Assembly: GCF_009914755.1 (NCBI RefSeq)
Contig: NC_060925.1
DNA length: 64,000 nt
Reading direction: 5' to 3' (one strand)
DNA from: the human T2T-CHM13v2.0 reference genome, Homo sapiens
Positions within the stretch are counted from its first letter, which is position 1, and each line of letters starts with the position of its first letter. The notes under the pieces are model-generated. The model had not been told where the DNA came from, made no database searches, and saw only the letters and a program-made list of their open reading frames with translations. Both the position numbers and the translations under genes were made by a program. Below, piece by piece: positions 1 through 16,150 of this stretch.

Positions 1-29
1 ATGTGTATTCAGGTTCTTTACTCATTTTT

Positions 30-841
30 TTACTGTTTATTTTAACTGCAGCGGTACATGTGCAAGATGTGCAGGTTTGTTACATAGATAAACATATGTC
101 ATGGGGGTTGGTTGTACAGGTTATTTTATCACCCAGGTATTAAGCCTAGTATCCATTAGTTATTTTTCCTGCTTCTCTCCCTCTTCCCCTCCCACACCCT
201 CCCCTAATCCCCAGTGTGTGTTGTTCCCCTCTATATGTCCGTATGTTCTTATCATTTAGTTCCCACTTACAAGTGAGAACATGCAGTGTTTGGTTTTCTG
301 TTCCTGCATTAGTTTGCTAAGGATAATGCCTTCCAGGCCCATCCATGTCCTTGAAAAGGACATGATTTTGTTCTTCTTTACAGCTGCATAGTATTTTATT
401 GTGTTTATGTACCACATTTTATGTATCCAGTCTATCATTGATGGGCATTTAGGTTGATTCCATGTCTTTGCTATTATGAACAGTGCTGTAATGAAAGCAA
501 GACATACATGTGGCCAACAATCATATGAAAAAAAAGCTCAACATCACTGATCATTACAGAAATCCAAATGGAAACCACAGTAAGATACCATCTCACACCA
601 GTCAGAATAGGGTATTAATAAAAAGTCAAAAAATTACAGATACTGGTGAGGCTGTGGGCTTTTACACCATTAGTGGAAGTGTAAATTAGTTCAACCATTG
701 TGGAAGACAGTATGGCAATTCCTCAGAGAGCTAAAGACAGAACTACCATTCAACCTAGCAATCCCATTACTGGGTATATACCCAAAGGAACGCAAATCAT
801 TCTCTTATAAAGACACATGCATGCATAAGTTATTGCAGCAC
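30..841 (-). mobile_element. 5'-truncated, 5'-inverted L1PA element (older L1PA, roughly PA10-13-like): 3' end on - strand 30-497, inverted segment 498-841
   Basis: ORF2 C-terminal peptides on opposite strands (MIDWIHKMWYI... -, MWKTVWQFLRELK... +); 14-bp TSD ctttactcattttt (16-29) / ctttgctcattttt (842-855). Confidence 0.8.
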
Positions 842-2160
842 CTTTGCTCATTTTTAATGAGGTATAAGGATTTTTTTTTTGCTATTGAGTTATATAAGTT
901 CCTCATGTATTTTGGATATTAGACCCTTATCAAATATATGGTTTGCAAATATTTTTCTCCTATTCCATTGGTTGCATTTTCACTCCGCTGACTGTTTCCT
1001 TTGTTACCTGAAGCATTTTAATTTGACGCAGTCTCACTTGTCTAATTTTGCTTTTGTCACCTGTGCTTTCGGTGTCATATCCAAAAACATCATTGCCCAA
1101 ACCAATGTCAAGTTTTTTCCTTGTATATTCTTCTGGTATTTTTACGGCTTCATATCTTTTTTTTCCCCTTCTATCTAACTAAAATTTTGTATCCTTTGAC
1201 TAACATTTTCCAACCTTCCTGTTCCCCTCTCCACTAGCCCCTCGTAACCATCATTCTACTTTCTACTGCTATGAGTTCAACTCTTTTAGATTTCACATAT
1301 AAGTAAAATCATGCAGTGTTTGTCTTTCTGTGCCTGGTTTATTTAACTAAGCTTAACATCCTCTAGATTCCTCCAGGTTGTTGCCAATGACAGGATTTCC
1401 TTCTTTTTGAAGGCTTAATAGTATTTCATTGTGTATAGATTTCACATTTTTTAAAATTCATTCATCTGTTAATGGAAACAGATTGACTCCATGCCTTGGC
1501 TATTGTGAATAGTACAGCAATAAATATAAAAGAACAGATATCTCTTTGACATAGTCATTTCATTTTCCTTGGATATATACACAGCAGTGGGATTTCTGGA
1601 TCCAGTTTCTGGTTTTCCATTTAAGTCTTTAATCCATTTTCAGTTGTTTTTGTGTATGGTGTGCAATAGGATCAAATATTGCTCTTCTGCATACATGTGG
1701 ATATCTGTTTTCCCAGCACCATTTATTGAGGGGACCATCCTTTCTTCAATGTAAGTTCTCAGCACATTAGTCAAAAATGAGTTCGCTGTGGATGTATACA
1801 TTTATTTCTGCATTGTCTAGTTTGTTCCATTGATCTATATGTCTGTTTTTATGCCAGCATCATACTATTTTGACTACTGTGGCTTTGCAATATATATTGA
1901 AATCAAGAAATATGATGCCCCCAGCTTTGTTCTTCTGGTTCAAGATTACTTTGATTATTCAGAGCATTTTGCGATTCTGTATTAATTTTAGGATTTTTTT
2001 ATATTTATTTAAGAATATTATTGGGGCCAGGTTGAGACAGCGGAGGTGGCTTGAGGCTAGGAGTTAGAAACCACTGTGGGCAACATAGTGAAAGCCCATC
2101 TCCACAAAAAAGAATAATAATAAACAAAATGTCTTTGGGATTTTTATAGAAACTTTAAAG
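842..2160 (-). mobile_element. Old L1M fragments (host of the element above) with a nested L1MA 3' piece (~1155-1600) and an Alu monomer fragment (~2024-2120)
   Basis: Degenerate antisense L1 ORF2/3' UTR motifs (gtttgcaaatattttctcc, cccagcaccatttattga, atgcccccagctttgttc). Confidence 0.65.
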
Positions 2161-3370
2161 TCGTCTACCAAACAGTGATATACTCCTGTCTAAATAGTTT
2201 ATTGTTTGTCACGAGTCCCACTTCTAAGAAGAATCCTCATTGATTACTTTTTTAAAAATTAAGGAGTGGGGGACATAAAAAAATGAATAGGCTATTCTTC
2301 CTACCTCCAAAATCCCATATAGAATCTCCTGGAATTATGTAGAAATCTCTAGATCTCAGTTTTTATATTTGCTTTAGGAACCAGTTACACATGCTTTTTA
2401 GGATAGAAATAATTCCTGGACTATGTATAATTTAGACATGCTATAGTTTATAAAAACAAATTTAGCCTGACCTTTAGTGTCCTTAATCAACCAGGTACTG
2501 GAGCTCCCTATTCAGTCTTATCTTCTGCACTTACCCTCTGCTCAGTCAGGCCAATAAACTCTATTCTTATTGCAAAGACTCCTGAAATCTACAATCTCTA
2601 ATTTTGTTTCTGTGGGTCTTTCTACTTGCAGAATCACCTTCATTTCTTCAAATCCACATTCTATCGATTTTTTAACATTCAGCTCGTGACTTCCAGGAAA
2701 CCTTCATATCACATACACTCTTCAATTTTCATAGCTCTTATCTTCCTGGATAGACTTGTAATTTTTAATTTAACATTATAGCTATGGGTTCCACTTCTTA
2801 TGTACATTACTAAGATGTTATCTATAAATATTGCCATTTTTATTGAATTCATCATTATGAATGTTTGTCACAGCTTTGAAATAGTCATCATGACAGTAAA
2901 TTTATTAAATTTGCTTTTCTAAACATAAGAACAGTGAGAAACATTCTTCAGTTTCCTATAAGTGTTTGCTGAATTTAATTGAATATAATTACAATCCCCA
3001 GTTATGCATACTATGGTATGGTTTTTATATGTGATGCATGGCCAATAAATATGTGTAGACTGAAGAAGTGTTAACACTCATCATGAATATCCAACTGAAA
3101 ACCAGATATTGTACTAGTTTTTCCATATATGCATCTTATTTCATCCAACTGAGGAAAAGAAAAACCCTATGAAGATTAGAATCCTTTTATATGTAAAGAA
3201 ATTGTGATTAGAAGACATATTGTAACAAACTGTTGTTTACATTCATGTCTATGTTCTTTGTACAGCAAGTACATTAGCTGAAATCATAAGTGAAAGACTG
3301 ACAAAATAAATGTCTCAGTGAATTTCTAAAGACTACACTCCTAAGTCCTTTGCTCTAATGTGCTTTTTAG

Positions 3371-3480
3371 GGTGACCCTAAGAATGACTCCTGGATCTTT
3401 GCCCTGGCTGTGCTCCTGTGCAGCACCTTTGTCTACAACAGCATGAGCACCATCAACCACCAGGCCCTGGAGCAGCTGCA
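3371..3480 (+). CDS. GBP6: GBP6 exon 4 ([36 protein letters not shown])
   Basis: ttttag acceptor, 110 nt, GBP GTPase-domain peptide, followed by GTATCCTT donor. Confidence 0.93.
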
Positions 3481-3684
3481 GTATCCTTCCAGGAACAGAA
3501 CAGAACCACCAGGTTTCATTGACTTTATAGGAATGGAGATCAAGTCATTTCCTCCTTCCCTTTGATGTAATTACCTGTGGTGCAGCACAGGGAACCCAAG
3601 ACAAAAGAGAGTGTTTATAATATTTTTATAAAAGAAATGTGTGAATTGTGGGCAGACAGTTGCTTTTCCTTACCTAAGTCCTAG
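3481..3684 (+). other. GBP6: U12-type (minor spliceosome) GT-AG intron 4 of GBP6
   Basis: 5' site GTATCCTTCC matches RTATCCTT; branch-site-like TTTTCCTTACC about 10 nt before AG; no polypyrimidine tract. Confidence 0.85.
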
Positions 3685-3881
3685 TTATGTGACGGAGCTC
3701 ACAGAACTAATTAAGGCAAAGTCCTCCCCAAGGCCTGATGGAGTAGAAGATTCCACAGAGTTTGTGAGTTTCTTCCCAGACTTTCTTTGGACAGTACGGG
3801 ATTTCACTCTGGAGCTGAAGTTGAACGGTCACCCTATCACAGAAGATGAATACCTGGAGAATGCCTTGAAGCTGATTCAAG
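3685..3881 (+). CDS. GBP6: GBP6 exon 5 ([14 protein letters not shown]...TVRDF...LKLIQ), includes the G4 motif
   Basis: ORF 3641..3973 peptide; AG/GT boundaries keep the frame. Confidence 0.93.
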
Positions 3882-4276
3882 GTATCAGAATGTGGCCTGG
3901 GCTGTGGGTGGTCCACTGGGTGTGTGATCTGCTAAACACTGCCCATCATCTCTGGGGTTTCATTTGTATTTGAGACTAGATTGAGGTCTGTAGAAACGGG
4001 GACTGAGGGGTATGTTGAAGAGCTCTAGGAATGGAGCCTAGTTCACTTAAGAAAAGTAGAGTCTAAAGTGCAGATAAATTATTCAAGACAGATTTGTTCT
4101 TTGTACAATTAGTACCTCAGCATTCAGATTACAATGGGTGCTAAGACTTTCTAATAACAAGATGCTTGTGATCTGTGTTTTGCCCTCTGCTTTTCTGTGT
4201 TTAGAAAATGATTGACCAGATAATTGTTAGACATGAAATTACAATGAAAAGCCTATCTAATAAAAATATAAATGTG

Positions 4277-4672
4277 TGTGTTAGTCCATTTTGCATTGCT
4301 ATAAAGGAATGCCTGAGCCTGGGTAATTTATAAAGAAAAGAAGTTTATTTGGCTCATAGTTCTGCAGGCTGTACAAGCATGGCACCAGCATCTGCTTCTA
4401 GTCAGGACCCCAGGAAGCTTTTATTAATGGTGGAAGGTGAAGGGGGCAGCTGGTGTGTCACATGGTGAGAAAGGGAACAACAGAGGGGGGTGGTCTCAGA
4501 CTTTTAACAACCAGATCTTGTGTGAACTCATTACCACAAGGATGGTAACAAGGTATTCATGAGAAATCTGCCCCTGTGACCCAAACACCTCCCACTAGGC
4601 CCACCTCCAACATTGGGGGGGGGTCATATTTCAACATGAGATTTGGAGGGGACACACATCCAAAATACATCA
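4277..4672. mobile_element. MaLR solo LTR (MST family)
   Basis: tgtgttagtccattttgcattgctataaaggaa start and ...gagatttggaggggacacacatccaaaatacatca end, typical of MSTA/B. Confidence 0.8.
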
Positions 4673-5120
4673 ACATGTTACACAGATATTATTCTTCTCA
4701 TGGAGGGATATAACTTTTCAATATCCATATAGTTATATCATCTACAAAAATGATTTTGTTTTCTAAAGCAACCTGAAGAAGCACGTCTTTACAATCTGTG
4801 CCTTTTCAAAATTTCTGATAATTGTCGGAATGTTCATTTTACTTTCTATGTTATGATTTTTCTCTTAAACCCAACATATGTATCCATGCTAGAATTTCAT
4901 AATAATTGTTTTAATGGGTTACATTTATCTGAGTGTGTATCTGATAAAACCTTATGAGAAATATCAATTCCAGTGAACTCATTGTTGCTTTCATTTTTCT
5001 ATTTATGCTTTCTTGAAACATTTCTTAAAAATTCATAGGCAGAAGAGCAATACTGTCAAATCGAATACAGTCTTTTAAGAGTTTATAAAGAAGTGATGAT
5101 TATCTTAAAACTACCTTCTT

Positions 5121-5420
5121 GGCTGGGCAAGGTGACTTGCACCTGTAGTGTCAGCACTTTGGAAGGAAGAGGTGAAAGGATTATTTGAGCTCAGGAGTTT
5201 GAGACCAGACTGGGCAACATAGTGAGACCCTGTCTCTATAAAAACTAGAACAAATCAGCTGGTGTCATGGTGCACACCTGTAGTCTCAACTACTAAAGAG
5301 GCTAAGGTGGAAGGATCACTTGAGCCTAGGAAATCAAGGATGCAGTAAGCCGTGATTGTGCCACTGCCCTCTAGCCTGGGCAATAGAGCAAGACCTCGTT
5401 TCGAAAAAACAAAACAATAC
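5121..5420 (+). mobile_element. Alu (AluJ-like)
   Basis: Diverged Alu dimer with A-rich tail. Confidence 0.85.
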
Positions 5421-5649
5421 AAGATTATATTCTTGTTACATTTAGTCTTCAGAGGATTTTACTAAAAAATAGCTAACATTATACAAATTCTTTTAGCATC
5501 AATGTGCACAGAAGTATTTAATTTTTATGTTAAAGGAGGTCTGTAAGCATAGAAGATGGCAAAAAGACAATACACCCTATCAAAAATACCTTTAGCTCCC
5601 TTATACCAAGACTGTTTTCACTATATTCTCTGTTTTTTTTATCCCTCAG

Positions 5650-5895
5650 GCAATAATCCCAGAGTTCAAACATCCAATTTTCCCAGGGAGTGCATCAGGC
5701 GTTTCTTTCCAAAACGGAAGTGTTTCGTCTTTGACCGGCCAACAAATGACAAAGACCTTCTAGCCAATATTGAGAAGGTGTCAGAAAAGCAACTGGATCC
5801 CAAATTCCAGGAACAAACAAACATTTTCTGTTCTTACATCTTCACTCATGCAAGAATCAAGACCCTCAGGGAGGGAATCACAGTCACTGGGAATC
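5650..5895 (+). CDS. GBP6: GBP6 exon 6 (GNNPRVQTSNFPRECIRRFFPKRKCF...GITVTGN)
   Basis: cag acceptor, gtgag donor, 246 nt. Confidence 0.93.
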
Positions 5896-6266
5896 GTGAG
5901 TCTCCTTTTTACTTTTCTGTGGGGCCTCATGTGTGTTGAATATATTGTATAATGTGTTTCTCAGAATTTTTGTTAGATTCCATATAGAAAAACTACGTGT
6001 ATACAGGTATTCACACTCAGTGAAGAAATGTGTATAATTATCACACTTATTGCAATTTACAAATTCCTCTCCAATATTGCAAACTCTGTCACTGATATCT
6101 GTGGCTTCCACATATCTGAAAAAAATCCCCCACTGATAAAATAACTAACTGAATATAAAAACATCTATAATATTTTCTTAGGGGAAATATTTTCTAAGTC
6201 CTATGTGTTCAGTATTCTTTGCCAAGAGAATAGAAAAGATATGTTCAAGTTTAAAAACCTCTAGAA

Positions 6267-6571
<305 letters not shown>

Positions 6572-6957
6572 TTAGCCCATAATTCCCTGAAAATACATTG
6601 GTAGCTTCAGAATTAGGAATAAATGTGATATGATTTACCCTGCCTCATTTTATCTGTGTAAACTACTTTTCTTGTAATTTTTTAAATGAGAAATTGTACT
6701 TCCTGCATACCCTCTAGTATGTTAGATACAAGTAGATATTTAAATTTTTTAGCACTGTGGACTGGAGATCCATAAAATTGAAGAGTCATTATGAAAATAA
6801 GAGTGATAATAGCAGAAGGAGGTAGGGATGTGGGTGTATGTGTTTGCATGTGTGCACGCGCGTGTATGTAAGTGCATGTGTGTGCTCAGAAATGTAGCCT
6901 AGGATCCCACTGAGCTTTAATTTCATATTTAGCCCCTAAATCTCCTGGTTCATTTAG

Positions 6958-7238
6958 GTCTGGGAACTCTGGCAGTGACTTATGTAGAGGCCATCAACAG
7001 TGGAGCAGTGCCTTGTCTGGAGAATGCAGTGATAACTCTGGCCCAGCGTGAGAACTCAGCGGCCGTGCAGAGGGCATCTGACTACTACAGCCAGCAGATG
7101 GCCCAGCGAGTGAAGTTCCCCACAGACACGCTCCAGGAGCTGCTGGACGTGCATGCGGCCTGTGAGAGGGAAGCCATTGCAATCTTCATGGAGCACTCCT
7201 TCAAGGATGAAAATCAGGAATTCCAGAAGAAGTTCATG
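6958..7238 (+). CDS. GBP6: GBP6 exon 7 (RLGTLAVTYVEAINSG...EFQKKFM)
   Basis: tttag/gtaatt boundaries, 281 nt. Confidence 0.93.
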
Positions 7239-7927
7239 GTAATTTGCCTTAGTCATTACTGTTCATCATCCTTCCCCTTGAAGAATGAAGCCTATAGTTG
7301 CCTTTATTGTCACCAATGCTCATCTGTCACTGAGGAATAACTTATTGTGGATTCTCATGAGGGATAGAGTTTCAAAAGACTACATATAAGCACTTAACTA
7401 GAAAATCTTCTGATAACTGAGGTAAAATCAATACAGATCACTTAAGATCCTCAAGTGAACACTTCTAAGGATTCCAGGCCTGCTCTGAACACGCACAAGT
7501 CATCCCTGAGCAGTGCACTTTTTCTGTGCATAGTTTACCTTTCCCAGGAAACAAAGATTCTCTTACCAGATCGTAATTCCGGGCCATTGTTCAACTTACA
7601 TTGCTCCTTCTTGTATCCTTGTACCATTGAGGACAGGAACACAGGATGATACCATTGCAACAAACCATAGAGATTATGGAATGTAGTCTCATCATGTCAC
7701 AGATAAGGAACCTGAAGCTCAGGAAGATTAATGAACTTTTCCATAGCCTTGAAGAGAATTTCTAGCATTGTAAATGTATGAAGTTTTGTGTTTCTGATTC
7801 CACATCTACTCCACTAGAATGTTTTTCTCATGAGGACCACAGTTAGATTGACTCTACCACCAGATTCTTTAGAATTTCATCTCCTCCATGTTTCTTCTGG
7901 TGACATCTCTCTACATTTCCCTTGCAG

Positions 7928-8140
7928 GAAACCACAATGAATAAGAAGGGGGATTTCTTGCTGCAGAATGAAGAGTCATCTGTTCAATACTGCCAGGCTA
8001 AACTCAATGAGCTCTCAAAGGGACTAATGGAAAGTATCTCAGCAGGAAGTTTCTCTGTTCCTGGAGGGCACAAGCTCTACATGGAAACAAAGGAAAGGAT
8101 TGAACAGGACTATTGGCAAGTTCCCAGGAAAGGAGTAAAG
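7928..8140 (+). CDS. GBP6: GBP6 exon 8 (ETTMNKKGDF...PRKGVK)
   Basis: gcag/gtaagg boundaries, 213 nt. Confidence 0.93.
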
Positions 8141-8916
8141 GTAAGGAATAAGGGGAGCATGGGGAAGTTTATAGGATAGAGTGAATGGAGTCTTCAGCAC
8201 CAGCCGTGGGTAATAAGAGAGCAGAGGGATAGCATAACGCCTTAGCTTTCAATGTCCACTACTTAATATTTATTTCTTAGAATAAAAATTTTTATTCCAA
8301 AACAAAGAGTATAGTATTCAGAAATCCAGGAGAGACAGAATGAAAATTACCACCTAGGTGGTGGTAATAAACATAATAGTAGTAATAATACAACTAACTC
8401 ACGAGCTGTTATTACCTACAGTATACTGTTAAATTCTTCCCCAGACATTTTAATTTCATCTTCCTAATGACTTTAAGAAGCACCTTTATTTTGGAAATTT
8501 TACAGATCTGAACTTAGTACCCAAGGATGATTACATAACTTGCCTAAAGTTCTAGCCAGCAAGTGGCAGGAGAAAGCAACAGCATAGATTAGAGGCAGCA
8601 TTGCACACTGGAAGACAGACATGTATAAGCATCAGAGATTGGGAGTTTGTACACCTGTGCACATAGTTCTGCCTGGCCGGAACCCAAAACGGGTACAGGG
8701 AGATATTACAGCAGTGGGAAAGGCACTGGAGGGAGACAGGAAGCAGGAATTGAGGAGGGGCTCTGGTCACCCTAAAGAGCCCGCACACTTTGTAGGGGGC
8801 CACTTTAGAATTTTAGGCATAAAGCAAAAGTTACAAGACCATAATTGTTCTTGCAACACTAATACCCAGAACATAGATTTTCAAAGAAATCTAAGTGCTT
8901 TTTCTTGCTTCCATAG

Positions 8917-9019
8917 GCAAAAGAGGTCTTCCAGAGGTTCCTGGAGTCACAGATGGTGATAGAGGAATCCATCTTGCAGTCAGATAAAGCCCTCACTGAT
9001 AGAGAGAAGGCAGTAGCAG
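8917..9019 (+). CDS. GBP6: GBP6 exon 9 (AKEVFQRFLESQMVIEESILQSDKALTDREKAVA)
   Basis: catag/gtatgg boundaries, 103 nt, translated manually. Confidence 0.92.
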
Positions 9020-9357
9020 GTATGGGGCAGGGCTCAGCTTACACAGGAGGGGTACATTTATACAATGCCCTCTAACAGATCTAACAGGAAAACCTTCCCA
9101 AAATGAGGAATTTCCTCTTCTGTGGAACACACACTCTGCTAAATCTGAAAATAACAAGGGGAGCTATGATTGTACATCAGCCAGACAGGCAGAGCCTTTC
9201 CCATCACATTCTCAAATGCGCTCTTAATGGTGTGGACCTGGGTGAATTCTGTGATTTCTCACCCTGCCTTTCAGATTTGATTTAGTCTCAGCTCAGAAAA
9301 GTGGAGATGAATCTTCACCTATTATTTTCTTCTCTTTCTAATACCTTCATGGAGCAG

Positions 9358-9551
9358 TGGATCGGGCCAAGAAGGAGGCAGCTGAGAAGGAACAGGAACT
9401 TTTAAAACAGAAATTACAGGAGCAGCAGCAACAGATGGAGGCTCAAGTTAAGAGTCGCAAGGAAAACATAGCCCAACTGAAGGAGAAGCTGCAGATGGAG
9501 AGAGAACACCTACTGAGAGAGCAGATTATGATGTTGGAGCACACGCAGAAG
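9358..9551 (+). CDS. GBP6: GBP6 exon 10 (coiled coil VDRAKKEAAEKEQ...EHTQK)
   Basis: gcag/gtaagt boundaries, 194 nt. Confidence 0.92.
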
Positions 9552-10494
9552 GTAAGTCTGCCCTTGGCCTCAGCAGGCCAGACGGTCCTCACCCAGGTAC
9601 CTCAGGAAGGGCTGGTGAAGGTTACAGCAACATCATGAAAGGAAGCACATCACCATTTGCTGCTTGGCAATCACTAAAAGCCCTGAATCCTTTTTTTCTT
9701 AATTGTTTCAGTAAGACTTGGAATTCTTCTCTATATTCTCTATACTTAGATTCTGGAGAGGTAAGGTTGACTATGATCCCTACAAGTCCTTGGGGAATAT
9801 AAATAGGGTCGAAGCTGCTGATTTGGGAGATTTTAAAAGTAATCTCAAGAAGTTAAACATATGTTCCACACAGTGTATTTGATGTGAACAGCAGCTGGTT
9901 TCCTTCACCAAGACCACATATTACCAGGAGCTCTAGTACCATCCAAACACCCTGAGGTAGATCCATGCTGACATACAACTCTTAGAAATTTCCAGACTTA
10001 AAAGGACAGGAAAGGGACAGTTTCTAAACTTGCTGCAGTTGTCACCCTGTATAAGTAGCCTGCCCAAATTAGCACACAGTGTAGGGAGAATTCTTGCATT
10101 GTCCATCTGAAAGTTCTCTCATAAGGGATTTCTACATCAGCTTATAAGTTTTTGGTATTCCTACAATATGGGTGACCATGCTGCCCAACTGGGACTGAGA
10201 ATTTATGCAATCAGACCAATGGCTACCTCCTAACTGGCATCTTTTGGGCAGGAACATGTAGAATTTGTCCTCATACCTAGGTTAGCACCATAGCAAAACC
10301 ATAATGGTGGGTGGATATTAGTAAAGTTATAAACTATGCTTCCTCACAATGTCTAGGTCCAAATTCTCCTCTAATAACTGAGAAAATGTTTTTAGGAGTA
10401 AAATAAAGTTTCACACAGGTTTTAAATACAAAATGTAAGTCTTAAAAGAATAGGGATTTTTAAAAATTTACTTTCCTTCCTACATTGTCTTTAG

Positions 10495-10734
10495 GTCCAA
10501 AATGATTGGCTTCATGAAGGATTTAAGAAGAAGTATGAGGAGATGAATGCAGAGATAAGTCAATTTAAACGTATGATTGATACTACAAAAAATGATGATA
10601 CTCCCTGGATTGCACGAACCTTGGACAACCTTGCCGATGAGCTAACTGCAATATTGTCTGCTCCTGCTAAATTAATTGGTCATGGTGTCAAAGGTGTGAG
10701 CTCACTCTTTAAAAAGCATAAGCTCCCCTTTTAA
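10495..10734 (+). CDS. GBP6: GBP6 exon 11 coding part ([10 protein letters not shown]...KKHKLPF*), no CaaX motif
   Basis: tttag acceptor; the C-terminus matches recalled GBP6. Confidence 0.92.
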   Translation, partial: VQNDWLHEGFKKKYEEMNAEISQFKRMIDTTKNDDTPWIARTLDNLADELTAILSAPAKLIGHGVKGVSSLFKKHKLPF

Positions 10735-10745
10735 GGATATTATAG

Positions 10746-11135
<390 letters not shown>

Positions 11136-11657
11136 TAGAGGATATCAGTGCCTGGCCCACATGAGAGAACAGATCCATACACACTTTGAAAAACTTTGTT
11201 CACTTTTAGGAAATATAATTTTGAAAAATCATTTACATACAAGAGGTCCACTGAGGCATTGCTTTTAATGGCAAAATATTGCAATGTACTTGAATGTCCT
11301 TCACATTAGATTGGTAAGATAAATTTTAGTATGTGCATGTACTGGAATATTATATAGCCAGTAAACAAATTGACAATGAAGCTCTATTTGTACCAGTAAA
11401 GAATGGTCTTGAAGAGACATTGTAAAATGAAAAAAAAAAAAACCAAGTTGTAAAGCAATGTAGATTATCTTATCAGCATGGAAAAAATGCAATTATTATA
11501 TGGAAGCATGCAAATATATCTCTGGAAAGATTAATCAAAATCTATTATTATTGGCTCCTTCTGGGAAGAACCAAGTGAATGTAGGGGTTGAAGGAACACA
11601 TACTCTTCACTTTATACTCTTGAATTTTGTAAAGAAATCTTATTTTACCGATTCAGA

Positions 11658-11705
11658 AATAAATAAGAAAATGTAAGAGACAATGCTAATAATGATAACA
11701 ATAAA
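11658..11705 (+). terminator. GBP6: Candidate proximal polyadenylation signals (AATAAA at 11658 and 11700; another at 13247)
   Basis: Hexamers seen; which one is used is not determinable from sequence. Confidence 0.35.
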
Positions 11706-11999
11706 AAAATAGTGAAATTGGCTATCAGATGATGAAATTCCTTGTTGCTTCTAGGAATTACATCAGCCAGCCCAATGAGGGGTCTAAGACTAAGATCTGA
11801 GTACTAGAATGCAAAAAATTTGCATCATATTCTTGTTTTCATTTTGGCCTGGTTTTTCGATCCCTTCTATTTGTTTTGAGACTAAGGCATACACTTTTCT
11901 GTGGCCTTTGAAATCTCAGCTACAGTAGCCTCTACTTCCTTTCTCTGAATTCAAGTTTTAAGGTGTTAGAAGCATAAATTACCAAACATTAAGATTAAG

Positions 12000-12660
12000 C
12001 ACTGATAGGAAGGATCCTGCCAACCTTGTCAGTAGTGGTCTTTTTGCGGTAGCCTCAGATAGAAAGGACAATGTGCCTTTCCAGAACTGAACCCCCTGAT
12101 GGGGGATGATAGACCCGGACACATAGAGGCCTGGTGTTGACCCTTAATTGTTAGAATCTAAGAAGATTCAGTTATAGTAATGAGTGGCAGACTGCAAGGC
12201 CTGATGGAGATAATTCTGAAGATGGCCAATACAATGGACCAGCCATAGGGTTAAATGGGACGGGGAGAAAACAATCAAGTGAAGTAAATGCTGTCTATCA
12301 GGATGTTGAGAGGTAGCCCTGATAAAGTGTCACATCCATAGCCTTGATCTGAGCTAATTTCAGACCCTGAACTCAGTTGGAGTGGAGGGCAGTACCCCAG
12401 GAAAGGACACTGCAACTCCAGGACCCAAATAAATGATAATGATTTCCCAAGTTCTCCTCCTAGGAAACGTCTGGAGCCATTTACTAGATATCCATATACT
12501 AGGGAAATATAAACACCCAAATATTTCAAGGACCCTTGGAATCAGGATCCAAGTTGCCCATGGTACCTAGATCATGGAGAGTCATCGTAAAATGCCTGTT
12601 AAAATAGGGAATTAGGGCCTCCAGGTTGTAATTATAGTCTTGGCACACATGAACTTATTG
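12000..12660 (+). mobile_element. Degenerate ERVL/MaLR internal (gag-pro) remnant
   Basis: Similarity to ERVL protease-region sequence (tttcaaggacccttggaatcaggatccaagttg). Confidence 0.4.
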
Positions 12661-12906
12661 CAATATAGTATTTGTTTGAAATGTAAAGGTAAAGTTTGTT
12701 TGAAGACAGATACCTTATTTTTCTGTACATCTCCTTGGGAGTATGTTCAGGCATAGGTTGTGCTAAATAAGCTTCTTTTATAAAAACAATAGGCTGATGC
12801 ATGGGTGATTATTTTCAATTGATAAAATATCATGAACTTTCCAGAGATCAGTGGTAATAAGTTGTTTGAATTTTCGACACCAGATTAAGGTCTCTGAGGT
12901 GGTTTA

Positions 12907-13230
<324 letters not shown>

Positions 13231-13280
13231 AAAGCTATGAGAAGAAAATAAATTTTCCTGGTATAGTGTCCTTCTCTAGA

Positions 13281-13470
13281 CCTCATGTCCTACAGTCTCT
13301 GTGAAACTGGGCCAAAGATAGAATTTTTTTTTCTGTGCTTTATACAGTGACTCAGACAAACCTATGACCTCACACAAATCTGTAACTTCATGTATCACAG
13401 TCTCTATAAAACTATATCAAAGAAAGAATTTTTCTCTGTGCTTTATAGAGTGGTTCACCCAGATCTGTAA
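13281..13470. repeat. Diverged two-copy tandem duplication (~105 and ~85 bp)
   Basis: Both copies contain acagtctct..aaact..caaaga.agaattttt..ctgtgctttata.agtg..tca..atctgtaa. Confidence 0.7.
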
Positions 13471-13749
13471 AGAAATGAAGACAATTTTAGAGCTTTCAAT
13501 ATCCTGTATTGCATATCAGGTCAAATCTGATACTTTCAAAACTGGATAGATCTATTTCAGATATCTTTGATGCTTTTAACAAGAATCCCATTCAATGTTA
13601 TCTAAGGACTATAGTTCAAGAAGACTAAGACACTATTCAGTCGGGGCACAATAAGACCACCTTATAAGCACCACTCATCCTTCCTTTTCTGAGCATGCTT
13701 TTGCCATGTTTCAATGATTCAGAGACATTCTAGTGAATCCCATTTTGAC

Positions 13750-15900
<2,151 letters not shown>

Positions 15901-16150
15901 GAATTAACCTTTTATTAGATAGTGTTAAAGAATGAAGAAGGTGATAACATGAGAAAGACAAAATAAAGATTTTTATTGTCTTACTGGAAGAATATGTCTA
16001 TTTTTTTCTTGACTTTTTAAAGTATCAATATTCTTTCTCTGAAAGACGTAACTGTCTAGGCTCTAGTAAAATATGCTGCAAGTACATGTTTTTAAAAGTA
16101 GTTTATTTTATTTCTTGTTATTCTGTGCTTAGCAACTTCCAATCTGATTA

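Noticed and set aside
3882-3890. Second U12 intron (GTATCAGA)
   Set aside because: It lacks the CCTT core, and the acceptor has an ordinary polypyrimidine tract
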